From: a virus
Reading direction: 5' to 3' (one strand)
DNA length: 64,000 nucleotides
Virus record (IMG/VR): IMGVR_UViG_3300048597_000118
Span: 1-64,000 of that record
A model generated the notes under the pieces. The model searched no databases and was not told the origin of the DNA. It saw only the letters and a list, made by a program, of their open reading frames with translations. Position numbers and translations under genes: made by a program. Positions within the stretch are counted from its first letter, which is position 1. Each line of letters begins with the position of its first letter. Shown in pieces: positions 19,067 to 29,021 of this stretch.

Positions 19067-19899
19067 CAGGTAATAAGTCGTTGAAACTCAAAGGTCACAC
19101 TCAAATAAGCACTGTAGACGTTTTCTGGTAAGACCAGGCTATTAACTAACAGTCTTAGGTCTTCTTCCGGCGTAATAACGTCTAACGGGTTATCTAAATA
19201 CACTCTATTGGTATATTCGCTGGTAGCAAGTAGAGCTTGGTTGTCTAATATCTTTGTGGTTTCTTGTTCTGGGTCATAAGTAGCCAGTGTAAAATTGCCT
19301 TCGCCTAAGCCATTAAACTGTAGCTGTACACTAAGTACCCGCACCGCTATTACTTTTGGTGTGTGTACAACAATAGCCGGCAAATCTTCAACGTCTGGCT
19401 CTTCTGGGTATTGAGCGCTATTAAGATAGAAAAGTTGGCTGGCTTGAAATGAACTTAAAGACTCTACTTGTCTAGTGTCTAAGAAGCCAGCGCGGTCAAT
19501 ATCTGGGTTAAAGGATATAACATTAGAACCTAATGTTAACTGAACACCCCAGATGATAATTGGCGGCGTGTCAGGAGAATTTTTAGGAGACCCTACGTAT
19601 AGCTTTGTATTGCTTAGATTTGTAGTAGAGGTAACGCTGACAATTAAATAGTCCTTGTTGAGAGTAGTAATAACCGGCGCGTCCACTATGTTAAAAACTG
19701 ACACGTCGTCTTCGTCATAGACGTATACTCTGTCTCCTAGTGATATGCGGTAGGCTCTAAAATCGTCGGGGCTATAGGTGCGGTGGGTGTGGGCATTGTA
19801 TTTACGGAATGCCTGCGCCGTATCATCGGCACCTTGCCCTGTAGCTGGGTTGCCTATGATGATTTGTGGTGTAGTGGACAGTGGATTTAGGTAGTCCAT
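19066..19899 (-). CDS. Virion/baseplate-fibre connector-like protein
   Basis: N-terminal IIIGNPATGQGADDTAQAFRKYNAH resembles the T4 gp9/gp10-type N-terminal motif (IxIG..xxGxGD.l..aF.K.N). Confidence 0.5.
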   Translation of the reverse strand: MDYLNPLSTTPQIIIGNPATGQGADDTAQAFRKYNAHTHRTYSPDDFRAYRISLGDRVYVYDEDDVSVFNIVDAPVITTLNKDYLIVSVTSTTNLSNTKLYVGSPKNSPDTPPIIIWGVQLTLGSNVISFNPDIDRAGFLDTRQVESLSSFQASQLFYLNSAQYPEEPDVEDLPAIVVHTPKVIAVRVLSVQLQFNGLGEGNFTLATYDPEQETTKILDNQALLATSEYTNRVYLDNPLDVITPEEDLRLLVNSLVLPENVYSAYLSVTFEFQRLIT

Positions 19900-19902
19900 A
19901 GC

Positions 19903-20385
19903 TTAAGGTTGTCCTCTGATTACCGAGACAAAATCAACAGGCAGATTAAATTCTTGCGCTTGATTAGCCCATTCATTACGGTGTTCTGTCGTAACTTCTA
20001 AAGCTTGACAAAAATAATTCCAATAAGCACCAAAACCACTACCGCTAACACCAACATCAGCAACTTTTCCGTACCGTTCCACAATGCCAGGAACTAGAAA
20101 TGGGTTGGCACTAGAAACGCCCAGTCCATACGCAACAAATGAAGGATGGGTTAATAGATAAAAATTAAAATTTTCCCACTGTGGCGGTGGTATTTCCTCT
20201 ACTGGTTCAGGGTCAGGTACTATCTCCAACTCAGTGCCGCTATCAAGAAACTGTTGCCAACTGTTTTGCAGAACTGACAGTGTTGGTTCCGTAAAACCAG
20301 AAAAATCAGGTTCACCATTTACCCATGGAATGGGAGTAGTAGCACCGGGGGACACGAGGAATAAAGTAGTTGAATTTCTAATCAT
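19903..20385 (-). CDS. Putative tail fibre assembly/chaperone protein
   Basis: 160-aa ORF overlapping the stop of the fibre gene; call rests on position. Confidence 0.5.
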   Translation of the reverse strand: MIRNSTTLFLVSPGATTPIPWVNGEPDFSGFTEPTLSVLQNSWQQFLDSGTELEIVPDPEPVEEIPPPQWENFNFYLLTHPSFVAYGLGVSSANPFLVPGIVERYGKVADVGVSGSGFGAYWNYFCQALEVTTEHRNEWANQAQEFNLPVDFVSVIRGQP

Positions 20386-23195
20386 ATTATTGTTCTATAT
20401 TTTAATTTAGCTCTAGTCATACTAAGAGTTCCTTCTGGAGGAAATCCTACGGCAGTAAGCGTGTACCTCAGTCCCTTAAAATGAGCGAATTGAAATGTTC
20501 CTAAATCAAGCAAAACTACTTGGTTTATAGGCACAATAACGTTGAAATCCCCAATCGCCGTTCGTCCTGCGTAAGATCTGCCGTATAGATCACCAACGCC
20601 CGTAAAGGTGTTATAAGTAGGAATTGTCCCAAAATCAACCCAACCTCCTGTGTTCTGAATAAAGGACACGTTAACAAAATGGTGATTTGAAATATTAATA
20701 TTATCAAAATAAGAATAGCTATAGAGAATAAATTCAGTAGATACAATTAGTGCTGATTCTTGTAAAGGTAAATATACTCTAAGATCAGAGAGTGAACCAG
20801 ATGCGTCAGAGGTTATAACTTTTTCTGCGCTCAACCAATAAGTGCCATTCCACCACCACTCAGTCCCATCATCAGTTTTATACCATCTATCACCAGCCAC
20901 CAAAGCGGAACTATCACCCCTTACTGTTGGCTTAGTAGAACGATAAAAATGCTCCACTCCATTGATGCGAGAATTATCGGGGAGGATAAGGGGAGAAGTA
21001 AAGGTCTTTTTCCCACCAATACTTTGGTCCCCAGTTAACTGCACTGCATTATCTGCTTTAGCGCCTTGTGCCGCTAAAGCATAATTACTGGTGTCAGTTA
21101 ATGCTGCACTACCGAAATTGGGTTTATCTAATATGTCTCCCCACTCTGGCCCCACACGCAACGCCGGCACCGTTAAATCTATAATCCTCCAATCATCGCC
21201 AACAAGACTAATAATTACATTGGCGCCGCCAGCGTCTAACACCAAATCATCCTCGCCACCAGCAATGGTCTGTGCCCCTTGAGGTACCAAAGTAACCGGG
21301 TTTACCCCAAACCCAGTGTTTATGTCAGTTCCTACTACGTCTACTATCTTCAAAGACCCAGTGGTGGGCAGCGTAATAGTAAATGAGCCGCCGCTAGAAT
21401 CACACGGGACTAAAGTCTTAGTTACTGCTGTATGGTTACTAGTAACAGTAGGAACAGGCAAAAAGTATAGCGAGGCTACTTTAGCTTTCTCAGTATCATC
21501 GTAAGCATTAGTATTAGGCTGAGCTTCATACAGTGATTTTATTTGTGACCCTGTTTGGACTGCGCTATCAGCTTTGCTTAAACTAGTATTGACTCCAGTA
21601 GACAGTTTAGCTGTGTCAATACTAGCGTCTTTGACTATACCAGTTATATTTTGACCGGTCAGAGTAAAGTCGATAGTGCTGGAGTCTGTGACACTGACTG
21701 CAGAGTGACGAGCGGCAGTATTAGCGGCTACGTTTGTGTTTGTGGTGACAGCTGACTGAAAGTCAGAAATAGTAGAAGACGTTTGAGTACCAGTATGATT
21801 ACTCCTGGCTCGATTAGCAGTATCTCTGTTGTTTAACTGCGTAGTAGTCTCAGTGTTAGACAGCTTTGTTTTTTCCGCATCTGTAAAAACGTTAGTATCT
21901 TCTTGGGACTCATATAAGCTCTTTATTTCTGCCCCAGATACTTCTACTACGTCGCTCCAATTAACTTTGGAACTAGCCCGCCCATATATAGTCTCCCAGC
22001 TACTACCCCCTATCTTACTTAGGATTATGTAGTCACCAACGTTAGATAGAACAATGTCGTCTGTAGAACCGTTAATACTTACACCGGTGTCAGGGTGAAT
22101 TCTACATTCTCCACTACCCTTCTTTAAGATAGTGACCTTATATCTATCATGGATATTGCTGTCCTCTTCCGTCGGGACTATATACTCTATATCACCTGAG
22201 TTATCTTTAACCAACAGCCAATTATCGTGGCGCTGCTCTAAAGTATACTCAGAGTCCCAGTTGACTGTTTCCCTATATTGATACTTAATGTTATGGCGAC
22301 TGGTTTGTATCTCACCGGCTACTCCGCCACTTAACGAATCAGTCGTATAACCAGCAATTTGTGCCTCATCATATACGACAAAACGCCTGGTACCATCTCT
22401 TAGAGTTCCTTCAAAAGAACCAAACTCTACTTTGGCGCTGTCTTCTAAATTGATTAAAGAGTAAAAATTAGCCTCTACGAAGTTTATATAGTAGACTTTG
22501 GCTATTACGTCATCTTGGGCGTATAGAAAGTCACCGTTAGAGTTTACATTCAGCTCATTGCCTACAACTGTACAGTCTTCTATGTCAAGTCTTGTGGCGC
22601 CGCTTAAATATAGACAACGACACTCACCGTACTGAGGCAGCTCAAATTTGATTTCTTCTATATCTAACTCATACTGCCCGTAGGACCTAAAGGCTGAAGT
22701 CCAATACCAATGGTCGACTGCATCATTATCGTGGGTGATGACAAAGTTTTGGAAAGAGACTACTCCAGTAGCGTTCCTTATAATAAAACCGTAATCATAA
22801 GAGCCCTCTACAAATCTAACTACTGTAGTGTCCCAATCATCCCCTCTTATGGATAGCTCTCTGCACCGCGAAGGAGGTACAACAATCCACCCATTTTCAG
22901 GTACGTCGAAGGTGCCTTCAAAATTTATGGTTATTCGATACCCGTTGGCGTCTAAAGTAGAGAGTATAGAAAAAGCTTTATCTAAAGTAGCAAAAGCTTC
23001 GCCAGAAGCCCGGCCTGAGTTAGAGTCGTCTCCCGAATCTGAATTAACGTAATAACTCCGATTAGCAGTCAGAATATCATACTCAAGCTTAGTGAGATAA
23101 TAGCTGGGTAACTGACCACCTAAGCGTTCTGAATTATCGACAACACCAGAGTTGTCGACGTCCATTTTAGATACTGGAGAGTAATACTGACCCAT
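20382..23195 (-). CDS. Tail fibre/tailspike (937 aa, mosaic)
   Basis: YYVNSDSGDDSNSG..AFATLDKA followed by beta-helix-like sequence; repeated IKSLYExQxxTNxxxDxEK; fibre motif QLTGDQSIGGKKTFT. Confidence 0.8.
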   Translation of the reverse strand: MGQYYSPVSKMDVDNSGVVDNSERLGGQLPSYYLTKLEYDILTANRSYYVNSDSGDDSNSGRASGEAFATLDKAFSILSTLDANGYRITINFEGTFDVPENGWIVVPPSRCRELSIRGDDWDTTVVRFVEGSYDYGFIIRNATGVVSFQNFVITHDNDAVDHWYWTSAFRSYGQYELDIEEIKFELPQYGECRCLYLSGATRLDIEDCTVVGNELNVNSNGDFLYAQDDVIAKVYYINFVEANFYSLINLEDSAKVEFGSFEGTLRDGTRRFVVYDEAQIAGYTTDSLSGGVAGEIQTSRHNIKYQYRETVNWDSEYTLEQRHDNWLLVKDNSGDIEYIVPTEEDSNIHDRYKVTILKKGSGECRIHPDTGVSINGSTDDIVLSNVGDYIILSKIGGSSWETIYGRASSKVNWSDVVEVSGAEIKSLYESQEDTNVFTDAEKTKLSNTETTTQLNNRDTANRARSNHTGTQTSSTISDFQSAVTTNTNVAANTAARHSAVSVTDSSTIDFTLTGQNITGIVKDASIDTAKLSTGVNTSLSKADSAVQTGSQIKSLYEAQPNTNAYDDTEKAKVASLYFLPVPTVTSNHTAVTKTLVPCDSSGGSFTITLPTTGSLKIVDVVGTDINTGFGVNPVTLVPQGAQTIAGGEDDLVLDAGGANVIISLVGDDWRIIDLTVPALRVGPEWGDILDKPNFGSAALTDTSNYALAAQGAKADNAVQLTGDQSIGGKKTFTSPLILPDNSRINGVEHFYRSTKPTVRGDSSALVAGDRWYKTDDGTEWWWNGTYWLSAEKVITSDASGSLSDLRVYLPLQESALIVSTEFILYSYSYFDNINISNHHFVNVSFIQNTGGWVDFGTIPTYNTFTGVGDLYGRSYAGRTAIGDFNVIVPINQVVLLDLGTFQFAHFKGLRYTLTAVGFPPEGTLSMTRAKLKYRTII

Positions 23196-23200
23196 GGCGT

Positions 23201-23665
23201 TTATTTATACCTCAAACTAATATGGACAGGATTAACAACCGCAGTGGTGTTGTTGTCTGCTAATCCTGCAGTAGCAGCTATAGTCAAACCTGTAGTAAAT
23301 ACTTCGTGAGGCACACCAGAGGGTTCCATATAAAATGCACCAGGCACCACAGTGTTGCCCGGCGGAACCATTAATGTCAGCTTAGGAAGCGTAGTGCCGA
23401 CTACTACGTTGACGGCCAGTGCATCATAGAACTTGATATAAGAGCAAGTCGTATTTGGGTTGATAATATTCCAAGCAAACAGTTCTGTGGCTCCGGCTTT
23501 AATTTGTGCCGGTGTAGCAGTCAAGTTAGTCTGACGAGCACTTAATATGCCCGGGAACTCCTGTTGGAAGACAGACACATACGGGTCTTCTTCTACACCA
23601 GTGCCTTGGGCTTTAAGATAGACAAGGCTTACATTATCAACGTCTATAGCCTTTATGTTAGCCAC
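23201..23665 (-). CDS. Hypothetical beta-rich virion protein (154 aa)
   Basis: Tightly packed in the tail module; GTG start. Confidence 0.65.
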   Translation of the reverse strand: MANIKAIDVDNVSLVYLKAQGTGVEEDPYVSVFQQEFPGILSARQTNLTATPAQIKAGATELFAWNIINPNTTCSYIKFYDALAVNVVVGTTLPKLTLMVPPGNTVVPGAFYMEPSGVPHEVFTTGLTIAATAGLADNNTTAVVNPVHISLRYK

Positions 23666-23917
23666 TTAGAAGACCCTCCTTAACAAACTGTTACGCGCAG
23701 AGAAATTCATAATGAATGATGTCCGTTGCATTACTAACTTAGTCTGACCGGAGTAATCAACGAATAAACTATTTAAAAGCGCGCCGGCAGCTAGAGCCTC
23801 CGCTTCGCTCTTATATAAAGGTAGATTTATCGTATTTACACCGGCAGGGTCATCTAGATAGATATTGACTAGCCTAGTTGTATAACCTGGGTCTGGGGAT
23901 AAATAAACATCAATCAT
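23666..23917 (-). CDS. Hypothetical protein (83 aa)
   Basis: Packed ORF whose C-terminus resembles that of the 850-aa baseplate protein. Confidence 0.65.
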   Translation of the reverse strand: MIDVYLSPDPGYTTRLVNIYLDDPAGVNTINLPLYKSEAEALAAGALLNSLFVDYSGQTKLVMQRTSFIMNFSARNSLLRRVF

Positions 23918-24254
23918 CTGTATATCCTTGGCTAGTGGTGAATGTGCCAGCTATCAAATAATATTCTTTGCCTAATGGGGTAAACATCTTTAAGTCATAA
24001 GTGCCTACTGTGGGAAGTAAAGCAGTCTGATCACTAGTCAAACTAAGTCTTATAATTCCTATATTTAAGTCCAATATATCTACCGTCACATCCATATATT
24101 TGGTCGACCTTTGACGGTCCCATAGTTGAGCCATGAACGTATTACCAGTCAAATCCATAGGTTCCTCAGCACCGAGGTGTGAGTAAACTCGAATGACCTC
24201 ATCCCAGTCACTACGTCTGATTATTTGTATGGAGACAACACTAGGTCTAATCAT
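23910..24254 (-). CDS. BppU-N-like Ig-fold tail/baseplate adaptor
   Basis: PMDLTGNTFMAQL...GIIRLSLTSDQTALLP...YDLKM...GTFTTS pattern, typical of this small virion domain. Confidence 0.65.
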   Translation of the reverse strand: MIRPSVVSIQIIRRSDWDEVIRVYSHLGAEEPMDLTGNTFMAQLWDRQRSTKYMDVTVDILDLNIGIIRLSLTSDQTALLPTVGTYDLKMFTPLGKEYYLIAGTFTTSQGYTDD

Positions 24255-24263
24255 GATGCAGTG

Positions 24264-24503
24264 TTACGGTTTGGGAGGAGAAGGAGCTTTACGTGTAGCA
24301 CGTCTTTTAATAGCCAAACTAGGGTCTGTATATTTATAAGCAGTGCCGCCAAGTGCAGCTAAACCAGTACCACCTAAAATTAAGTCTCTTACTTGATCAG
24401 GGGGATTAGGTTTAAACGCAATAATTAGACCGGCGGCAACCATAACTAATGCCCCACAGCTTACTGCTACAACTGGAAATACATTGTCTGAGTTAATCAT
24501 CAC
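24264..24503 (-). CDS. Small membrane protein, holin-like
   Basis: Two hydrophobic segments and a basic C-terminal tail (KRRATRK). Confidence 0.45.
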   Translation of the reverse strand: MMINSDNVFPVVAVSCGALVMVAAGLIIAFKPNPPDQVRDLILGGTGLAALGGTAYKYTDPSLAIKRRATRKAPSPPKP

Positions 24504-24542
24504 TATCCGCCTTTATAACGTCACCTACAAACAACTTAGGTC

Positions 24543-27095
24543 TTACCAGGCTCGCCGTAACAACGTGTAATGAGAAGAGAAGTTTAAGTAGAACGAGGTC
24601 CTAGGAGTAGTAATCCTGAAATCTCCTAAATAAACCGATTTATTTAAGTGATATAAAAAGACGTCTTTGTGTATAACTCGGTAAGATACACCAGCAGTTA
24701 TCAATTTGCTCAATATAGGCTTTAAGTCAGGACCAGCTGGTCGGTCTAATACTATCTCTAAGACAGGCACAAACTGCTCTAAGGGTTTAATGAGCATTGT
24801 CCCATCCTTAACATACAGGTCAGGGTTGGTCCATTCTGGGTAAGAGCAGTCTATCTCATTGTTAGACGCTAACGTACCAGGTGGATACATTAACCTTGGC
24901 ACTGTAGCCAATTCATCATATTCAACGCTCAAGATAGTTTCTGGAGCGGCTAATTCAGTACTTGACACCAGTTGGTTACGGTAAGGAAACCCTGGTCGTC
25001 TTCTAGGAGCTAATCCTCCCCAGTCATTAATCAAAACACCACTAGCTGAATTAGGCGTGGAAGTTCTATTAACTAACTGCCTCGGCGCTGGACGGTATAC
25101 AATGCACCGCCGCTCCAACTCATTAAATGCTTGGTCACCACGTAATTGATTGACTTCTACTGTATAGTTGTCCAGCCCATCGCTGACTAGCTCGTCATCT
25201 ATGAGCAGACTATATGGACGTGGCTTAAGATAGTTGACCTCTGCCCCTAAATATCCTAAAGACTGTCTAATAAATAACTCAATGTCAGCCTTATTGCCGT
25301 TTATATAGTCATCTACATAATCATTACCGAACTTATCTGTAACTAAATGCTCAGAGTCTGCAATGGTATATAAGTCTAACCAACCTTTGCTATATTGACC
25401 TTGACTACGACTCAGGTAATTAGCGTCATCTGTTAAACACTTAGTCAAATAGTAGTCAAAGTATAGCCACGCTTCAGCCTTAAATAAAGAACCCAGAAGA
25501 GATGTAGTAGAGTTAATGACTTCGACTGTACCCCAGCGCAAGCCAGTGGGCCACATTCTCCTTAATTGACTTAACACCCATTGAACTAAAGCCTCGGCTT
25601 CATGCGCCTTCAGGTCAAAGTTTGCTGGAGCTTTTAATGAGTAGTCATAGATTAAACACGTTAATGGTAAGTATTCTTTAGTATGCAACCCAGCAGATAA
25701 CCCTAAAGCATATTCTTCAGGTGTTTCGAGCCATACCCAACTAGGCACAGGTTCTGAGGCATACTGTTTGGTCATATACCACAGATAAGAAGATAGTGAA
25801 CGACCATAACCAGTTAGTTCACTTCCATCACCATAATTATCCTGAAGGTATTCGTGAGCTTGCTTAGCCTTACCTTCTATCTGCCATAACCACCAAGCTC
25901 TGTCTGCTATTGCTTGAACATCCGTATCTTTAAACAAGAACGGGTCTAAATCATTAGACTCCGGGTCATACTCATATAAAGCAAGGTGTATTTTAGCCGC
26001 CTGTAAGTGAATGTATTGGTCATAGACTAGGGGTAATAGCTCGTTAAAGAATATAGCCGACCAATAGGTGCCCGACTTTGAACAAACTCCGTAGTTATAA
26101 ACACCATACTCTACGGTGTCTGCACACCAACCAAGTCCGTCTACTACAGCGCCAGCACATAACTCCCCAAGGTTTAATAGTAACTGTCTAACACCAAGTA
26201 AGAAGGTGTCGTATGTGCCTCTTAGTAAATATGGATTTAACGGACGTTTATCATTCAGGTATCGTATAGCGTGACAAATAGCCCAACCAAGTACGGCGTT
26301 AGACCTTATTTCCCTTCTTTGGTCGTCTTGTGTAGCACCCGGCACAAAAGTCTCTTCAAAGCCTGGTGACCGGCGGTTATTCTCAGCTACTAATCCTTTA
26401 AGTGTGTGTAAGACCAGCAGTTTGTTGTCTAAGCAACAGGCAGTTAATAACCCCCAAGCAACACTAATAGGTGTTCTAGCAGTAGTGTCATGACTTATTG
26501 TGGGCGCCGCCAGTAACCCATCATTGCTAGATGGTATGTCTAATCTGACTGCTACACGCCTTGGGTTTGTTAAGCCTTCTGGTTCTTCTTCATCAGTTAG
26601 TGTCTCAGTTACTTCTAGAGCCACACCACGAACGTCGGGAATAGACCCGATGATACGTTGACAATACTCACTAGTGTCATCAGAACCTACAGCAATATGT
26701 TGATTATCAGGAGTCCCTACTTCTACTGTCCGGCTATTAACATATATCTCGTATTGTTCTGGCGGAGTATAACTAGCTGTTCTTATCTGTGTTGGGTCTT
26801 CTGAAGATTCAAAGTCTATCGTGTATCTACTACACGTTAAAATCGACCTGATTTTGGCACCGCCATTTACCCTTAAGGGGGCTCTTACTTTTACTTTGCT
26901 GGTGACAGGCTGGAACTCTAGTCTTTGAAATCGTTCTAAATTGCGCCGGTAGTTTAAACATAATGCCCTCACACCAGCAGAGTATGAACTTAACTCCCAG
27001 TCTATGTATAAAGTAGGCGCTAGATTCTCGTCTATCCCCAAGTGGGTAAATAGATAATCAATAAAACCTGACTTAGGAGGGCTAGATACGCTCAT
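24543..27095 (-). CDS. Large baseplate wedge protein (C-terminal gpI/Mu gp48-like region)
   Basis: Follows baseplate J; motifs LRRMWPTGLRWG and LSKLITAGVSY. Confidence 0.5.
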   Translation of the reverse strand: MSVSSPPKSGFIDYLFTHLGIDENLAPTLYIDWELSSYSAGVRALCLNYRRNLERFQRLEFQPVTSKVKVRAPLRVNGGAKIRSILTCSRYTIDFESSEDPTQIRTASYTPPEQYEIYVNSRTVEVGTPDNQHIAVGSDDTSEYCQRIIGSIPDVRGVALEVTETLTDEEEPEGLTNPRRVAVRLDIPSSNDGLLAAPTISHDTTARTPISVAWGLLTACCLDNKLLVLHTLKGLVAENNRRSPGFEETFVPGATQDDQRREIRSNAVLGWAICHAIRYLNDKRPLNPYLLRGTYDTFLLGVRQLLLNLGELCAGAVVDGLGWCADTVEYGVYNYGVCSKSGTYWSAIFFNELLPLVYDQYIHLQAAKIHLALYEYDPESNDLDPFLFKDTDVQAIADRAWWLWQIEGKAKQAHEYLQDNYGDGSELTGYGRSLSSYLWYMTKQYASEPVPSWVWLETPEEYALGLSAGLHTKEYLPLTCLIYDYSLKAPANFDLKAHEAEALVQWVLSQLRRMWPTGLRWGTVEVINSTTSLLGSLFKAEAWLYFDYYLTKCLTDDANYLSRSQGQYSKGWLDLYTIADSEHLVTDKFGNDYVDDYINGNKADIELFIRQSLGYLGAEVNYLKPRPYSLLIDDELVSDGLDNYTVEVNQLRGDQAFNELERRCIVYRPAPRQLVNRTSTPNSASGVLINDWGGLAPRRRPGFPYRNQLVSSTELAAPETILSVEYDELATVPRLMYPPGTLASNNEIDCSYPEWTNPDLYVKDGTMLIKPLEQFVPVLEIVLDRPAGPDLKPILSKLITAGVSYRVIHKDVFLYHLNKSVYLGDFRITTPRTSFYLNFSSHYTLLRRAW

Positions 27096-27097
27096 CT

Positions 27098-28192
27098 CTA
27101 ATAAATTTGATAGTTGACTTCAACGTTGCCTAGCATAGCCCGCTCCTCTACCCCTACATATACATCAGACTTAGGGTCAGCTAAAGTAATTTGCGGGGCT
27201 AACGGCTTCAATAAAGTAAGCAGTGGTGCAGACTGAAAGTCTTGGTTAAGGTATTGTTGGTTAAAATAAGCAGCGCACAAATCCCTAATCCTAGTAGATA
27301 AAAGGTCTAGATTGGCGTTGAAGAAAGGCTTTACATCAAAGCGCAAGTCAACATATTTGCGGACTATATCTCCGATAGTTATAAAGATACCTTCAGAGAC
27401 TACAGGACGTAGCCACTGAGTCAACTCTAGTTGTTGCTGGGTATTCATTCTTTGTCCTACTGGCAGTCCCATGTCCACCCAAATCTCTAACACGCCGCCA
27501 GCTTTAGTCCTGGTATAAGCGTTAGTGACACCAGGAAAACTAAGCACACGCTGCATAATATTATTTCTAGCAGTAGTAGACCTAGACGAAAGCCAATCAG
27601 CAATTCTTTGTCTATATGAATCATCTGACTCCCTAGCACGTCCTCCAGTCAAGTCTCCATAATACGCGTTATCAGGCGTATGGGAGTTACCAATAATAAA
27701 CTGAATAGACGAATGTCTGCTGCTATATAATCTGGTGCCGGCGGCTAAGTTAGCTGCCGTAGTGCTTTCAATAGATTGAACAGGTATAAGAGACTCTAAA
27801 TAACCGACTCGTACCGGCGCAGTGTTAGTGGTGCGGTATTGTATAGCCGTTTGAGGTTCTGTTAATACTGTATCAGGAGCTATAGTCTCACTACGGGTAG
27901 TATTAGATATAGCCAGAATAGAGCCCGTTGCTTTGGCTGCTGCTATACGACTTATGCCGTATGAAGAATAGGCGTCTAAGTCTATCCCCTTGGCTTTAGA
28001 CAGAGTGATTGATTCTGCTAAACGTTTTAGGTCTACACCTTGGGTGGCTGCTACAGCGGCAGAACTCCGTGCCAGGGCATATAACACGGACCCTTGTGTA
28101 ACATCGAATGCAAGACCAGAACCAGCGTCGGCTAATGCTCGTATGTACTCACTTTGATATTCTTCTACAGACCTAGGATTATATAACACCAT
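27098..28192 (-). CDS. Baseplate J-like wedge protein
   Basis: A.G.DLD...GISRIAAAKATG, GGRARESDDSYRQRI and FPGVTNAY motifs. Confidence 0.9.
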   Translation of the reverse strand: MVLYNPRSVEEYQSEYIRALADAGSGLAFDVTQGSVLYALARSSAAVAATQGVDLKRLAESITLSKAKGIDLDAYSSYGISRIAAAKATGSILAISNTTRSETIAPDTVLTEPQTAIQYRTTNTAPVRVGYLESLIPVQSIESTTAANLAAGTRLYSSRHSSIQFIIGNSHTPDNAYYGDLTGGRARESDDSYRQRIADWLSSRSTTARNNIMQRVLSFPGVTNAYTRTKAGGVLEIWVDMGLPVGQRMNTQQQLELTQWLRPVVSEGIFITIGDIVRKYVDLRFDVKPFFNANLDLLSTRIRDLCAAYFNQQYLNQDFQSAPLLTLLKPLAPQITLADPKSDVYVGVEERAMLGNVEVNYQIY

Positions 28193-28707
28193 TAATTTAG
28201 ACCCCCTAAGGGTAGAACAAACTGGTAATTGGTATTTACAGTGCCCACAGGCAACCCATTTAAATCAAACTCACCTACAGTAACTGTCTGGCTTGGTTCA
28301 GGCTCTACACTGCTGTATAACTGAAGCTTAACTTCACTCATCTCTACGCCAGTGATGTTTCCTTGGGTAGTAGCTATTCTGGGGTCTTGTAACGCTGTCT
28401 TTTCTGCTTCTTCGACTACAGCAGATAAGAATTCACTGGTTATAGGGGCTGATAAATAAGTCATAAGATATGACCCATAGTTAGTATCAACGGCTCTATA
28501 ACCATTAACAGTCTTAACCATCCTAGTAAAACCTTGAGGCGTGGTTGTTAGGCGACGTCTAAGACTAGTGGCTACAGTTCTAGGACCTACGACTGCCGCT
28601 AAATCAGGCTCATACGTATCTAACGTTAAGTCTTTAGTTCCGTCTAACAACAAGTCCACGCCATAGGCCTGGTCTAATTGAGAGATGGGTAAAGTGATGC
28701 TAGCCAT
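28192..28707 (-). CDS. Baseplate wedge/sheath initiator (gp25/gpW-like)
   Basis: SLRRRLTT.PQG...NYGS.L...ALQDPRI pattern; directly upstream of J. Confidence 0.8.
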   Translation of the reverse strand: MASITLPISQLDQAYGVDLLLDGTKDLTLDTYEPDLAAVVGPRTVATSLRRRLTTTPQGFTRMVKTVNGYRAVDTNYGSYLMTYLSAPITSEFLSAVVEEAEKTALQDPRIATTQGNITGVEMSEVKLQLYSSVEPEPSQTVTVGEFDLNGLPVGTVNTNYQFVLPLGGLN

Positions 28708-28723
28708 AATATTTAATTTAAAG

Positions 28724-28900
28724 ACCTATTAAAACCCTAGTGGGTGAACTACCCAGCGCTGACCTTGGGGTACAGCGTAGGCTTCCCAATTCATCGGCAA
28801 TTGCCGCCAGAACACCGTAGCTCTTTTGGTCTTACATTGCCTCCAAGGGCAGGAGTCCTGGTTCCCAAGACCCAATTCTTCTCTTGCAACACGTCCCGTT
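28724..28900 (-). ncRNA. TnpB omegaRNA (reRNA)-like scaffold plus flanking guide
   Basis: GGGAACCAGGACTCCTGCC..GGAGGCAATGTAAGACC..GGCAATTGCCGATGAATTGGGAAG..TTCAC, typical of tnpB 3' ends. An extended -10 TGCTATGAT lies at 28944-28952. The 5' boundary is approximate. Confidence 0.6.
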
Positions 28901-29021
28901 TAGCTTGGTTTTCGCTTAGGGAGTTAGTGGTCAAGATTTGTTTATCATAGCAAAAGTTAAGCTTGCTATCATCCCACCGCCGAACCAAAGATTACGGCGT
29001 GGGGCTTCTCGCTCGCAAAAG
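28744..29021 (-). mobile_element. 278-bp non-autonomous IS200/IS605 derivative (MITE-like)
   Basis: Left end: TTAG|CTTTTGCG..AAGC plus hairpin CCCACGCCG..CGGCGGTGGG. Right end: GAAG plus hairpin ..ACGCTG..CAGCG.. ending in TTCAC. Both guide/cleavage pairs fit the IS608 pairing rules. Confidence 0.85.

Noticed and set aside
28744-28988. 65-68-aa ORFs on both strands
   Set aside because: They lie inside the MITE; the minus one ends in a vestigial tnpB tail overlapping the RNA scaffold.
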